From: Isurus oxyrinchus
Taxonomy: Eukaryota
Assembly (NCBI GenBank): GCA_026770705.1
Contig: JANJGN010000025.1
Span: 16,306,001-16,370,000 of the forward strand
Length of the DNA: 64,000 bases
Reading direction: 5' to 3'
A program made the translations under genes and the position numbers. The notes beneath the pieces are model-generated. The model worked only from the letters and a program-made list of their open reading frames with translations. It was not told the DNA's origin and did not search any database. Shown piece by piece: positions 61,380 through 64,000 of this stretch (the stretch's first letter is position 1; the number at the start of each line of letters is the position of its first letter).

Positions 61380-61889
61380 TTTGTATGCTTCACACCAGGT
61401 CCACGAAGGGAGTTAGGAACTTCTCTGGTTTTGTGTGATAACAATCATCGGAAATATCGAACCAAGGAAATCTGAAAGACCAATTTACCATATTGCTATG
61501 TGTGACGACTATTGAAATACTTGGACCAGGCCACAATAGCCTATAAAATGAAGGAAGTTTCTCCCTTTATACAGAAGCACCTGCCTCATTGCGAGTGAAA
61601 TAAAACCTGTTTTATAAATATTATAACCTTCACAATTGTTCAATGCTTTTCACAATTAAATCATTTCAGTTATTAGATAACAAATGGCATCGTATTTAGA
61701 TTTGTACCAGAATCCACAAAAGTTGATTAAAATTACCTTATGATTTATGTGTCAATGGTTTTCTAATAAAAATGTTCATGGCAGTTAGAAACAAAATTAA
61801 CGTAATATTCCTATTTTCTTAAATTTCTTGAACTTTTTGTTAACTGAGGTAAGGTATGTTGGTGCTCAGAACAGGCCACATTCCCAATT

Positions 61890-62135
61890 CAGGTATCTCC
61901 AAGCTCCACCACGACACTGAGTGGCTACAGCAACTTGACAAGGACTAACACCAAAAACAACCCACAACGACACCCAAGAACCACTGCACATGCAGCACTT
62001 GTGGCAGAACCTGCATCCCATGCATTAGTCTCTTCAGTCATCAGCAAATGTGCACCATATGAAGCTATCCCATCGCCAACGGATTTGATTTGTGGTACGT
62101 CCGGTGCCTTACGCAGATGGAAGAATACCGCTGAC
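61890..62135 (+). mobile_element. RTE-clade LINE 3' end
   Basis: An alternative frame reads CTCSTCGRTCIPCISLFSHQQMC*, the RTE C-terminal Cys/His motif. Confidence 0.62.
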
Positions 62136-62444
62136 TCCACACCCAGATCAAGTTTGACAAAGGATGACTCCCTCCCCAGTTCTTAGCCTAATCCTTAGAA
62201 GATTGATTCTTTTCTGAACCCTCTCCAGCACAAAATATTTCAAACGTAGCTTGAATCAATAATTCATTTTGGGTTGCAATTAAATAACTGGAGATGTTTC
62301 ATTCCAAACATCTGTCATTTTATGACATTAAAGCTGCTATATAAGTGGCTTGATGTGCACTAATCTGTTGTCATGTTCTTCATCAATGTGTACACTATGC
62401 CTAACAATGTATATATATTTTCCTATAGATTTAGGTATTTTAAT

Positions 62445-62772
62445 TCATTTTATCAGATGTGGGCGTTTCTGGCTAGGCCAGCATTTATTGCCCAAACCCA
62501 ATTGCCCTTGAGAAGGTGATGGCAAGCTGTGAAGATAAAGGTGATCTTGAACCACTGCAGTCTGTGTGGTGTGGGTGCACCCACATTGCTGTTGGGGAGG
62601 GAGTTTCAGGATTTTGACCAAGCGACAGTGAAGAAACGGCGATACATTTCCATGTCAGAGTGGTGAGTGGCTCAGAGGGGAACTTGCAGGTGGTGGTGTT
62701 CCCAAGTATCTGCTGCCCTTGTCCTTCTAGATGGTAGTGGTCGTGAGTTTGGAAGGTGCTGCCTCAGGAGAT
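62445..62772 (-). mobile_element. 3' end of the second CR1-type family
   Basis: Colinear with 17085..17395. Confidence 0.82.
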
Positions 62773-63124
62773 GGGCCATTACTTAAGCCCATCTGATAAA
62801 TTTTTTCAGATTCCTTTGAATGCACCCTTCCCTTCCCTTCATACTGGCCAAATAAATTAGTGTCATAATTAGGTTGATATCATTTACAGTTTGATATTAT
62901 CCAAATCACTTTTCAGGGCTCTGAGAATTCCCCCAGGCAGGTGCTTGTTGATTTGTGATCTGTGTATTTCCATTGCTAATCTAGTTTTTATTCCAAGTAG
63001 CTCATAGAACTAGCAAAGTTAGTTAACTAAGGTTGAACAAAGTTCAAACACAAATCACAATCACCTGAGTCGTGCAGGATTGGTTCCTCAAATCAGCAAG
63101 TAAAATGAATCGCATTATATTGCC

Positions 63125-64000
63125 CTCCATCATCCCCTACTCCTCAACCCCCTCCTACGGCACCTCCCCATGCAAACGCAAGACATGCAACACCTGCCCC
63201 TTCACTTCTTCTCTCCTCACCGTCCAAGGGCCCAAACACTCCTTTCAAGTGAAGCAGCATTTCCCTTGCACTTCCCTCAACTTAGTCTACTGCATTCGTT
63301 GCTCCCAATGCGGTTTCCTCTACATTGGAGTGACCAAACGCAGACTGGGTGACCGCTTTGCAGAACACTGTCGGTCTGTCCGCAAGCATTACCCAGACCT
63401 CCCTGTCACTTGCCATTTTAAAACTCCACCCTGCTCTCTTGCCTCATGTCTGTCCTTGGCTTGCGACATTCTTCCAGTGAAGCTCAAAGCAAACTTGAGG
63501 AACAGCACCTCATCTTCTGACTAGGCACTTTACAGCCTTCCGGACAGAATATTGAATTCAACAATTTTAGATCTTGAACTCCCTCCTCCATCCCCACCCC
63601 CTTTCCGTTTCTTCCCCCTTCCTTTTGTTTTTTTCCAATAATTTATATAGATTTTTCTTTTCCCCACATATTTCCATTATTTTTAAATGTATTCCACCCA
63701 TCATTTATCTATACCTTTTACGCCCTTTTAGTCTTATTTCACCCCACCCCCTCTAGAGCTATCTGTACCTTGCTTGTCCTGCTATCCACTCTTAATTAGC
63801 ACATTCTTTTAGATAATATCACCACCTTCAACACCTTTGTTCTTTTGTCTGACATCTTTTGGTTATCTCCTACTATCACTGATCGTTTGTCCCAACAACT
63901 ACCCCCCCTCCTTCTCCCCCCACCCCACCCCCCTTAAAACAACTTATATTTCACCCCTTTCCTATTTTTACTTAGTTCTGTTGAAGGGTCATGAGGACTC
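63125..64000 (+). mobile_element. Penelope-like element: GIY-YIG endonuclease C-terminus and pLTR (runs off the window)
   Basis: PCKRK.CNTCP...FQVKQHF.CTS.NLVYCI.CSQCG.LYIG.TKRRL.DRFAEH...V..HF; end matches the reverse complement of 13990-14015. Confidence 0.88.

Noticed and set aside
61935-62186. Possible host exon with an upstream acceptor
   Set aside because: Another frame gives the RTE C-terminal Cys/His motif, so it is a LINE remnant.
1-64000. CRISPR arrays, operons or other prokaryotic systems
   Set aside because: No repeat-spacer arrays or dense gene packing; the sequence is intron-containing vertebrate DNA.

Overview
Eukaryotic, transposon-rich vertebrate DNA. The repeat landscape (two CR1-type LINE families with a SINE sharing one tail, Deu-domain SINEs, Penelope, Tx1, RTE, many Harbinger copies) suggests a cartilaginous fish such as a shark; this is an inference. 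The only host gene I can support is an apparently intact, compact 3-exon gonadotropin-releasing hormone receptor on the + strand: join(48148..48666, 48888..49089, 50663..51081), 379 aa, C-tailed, PEY-type. The rest is mostly nested, decayed mobile elements: a near full-length two-gene PIF/Harbinger (spliced Myb/SANT gene plus HARBI1-like DDE transposase, 31859..37283), several related or deleted Harbingers, two Gypsy relics, solo LTRs, LINE fragments and a Tc1/mariner-type element. Structure not explained by simple repeat annotation: a 316-bp, ~97%-identical inverted duplication (18190..18505 / 20129..20444), a ~193-bp almost loop-less palindrome ~740 bp upstream of the GnRHR ATG, Harbinger junctions without TSDs, a CR1 relic inside a Harbinger intron, and a short segment with a reversed dinucleotide signature. 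I found no well-supported wholly new biological system. All alignments and counts were done by eye.
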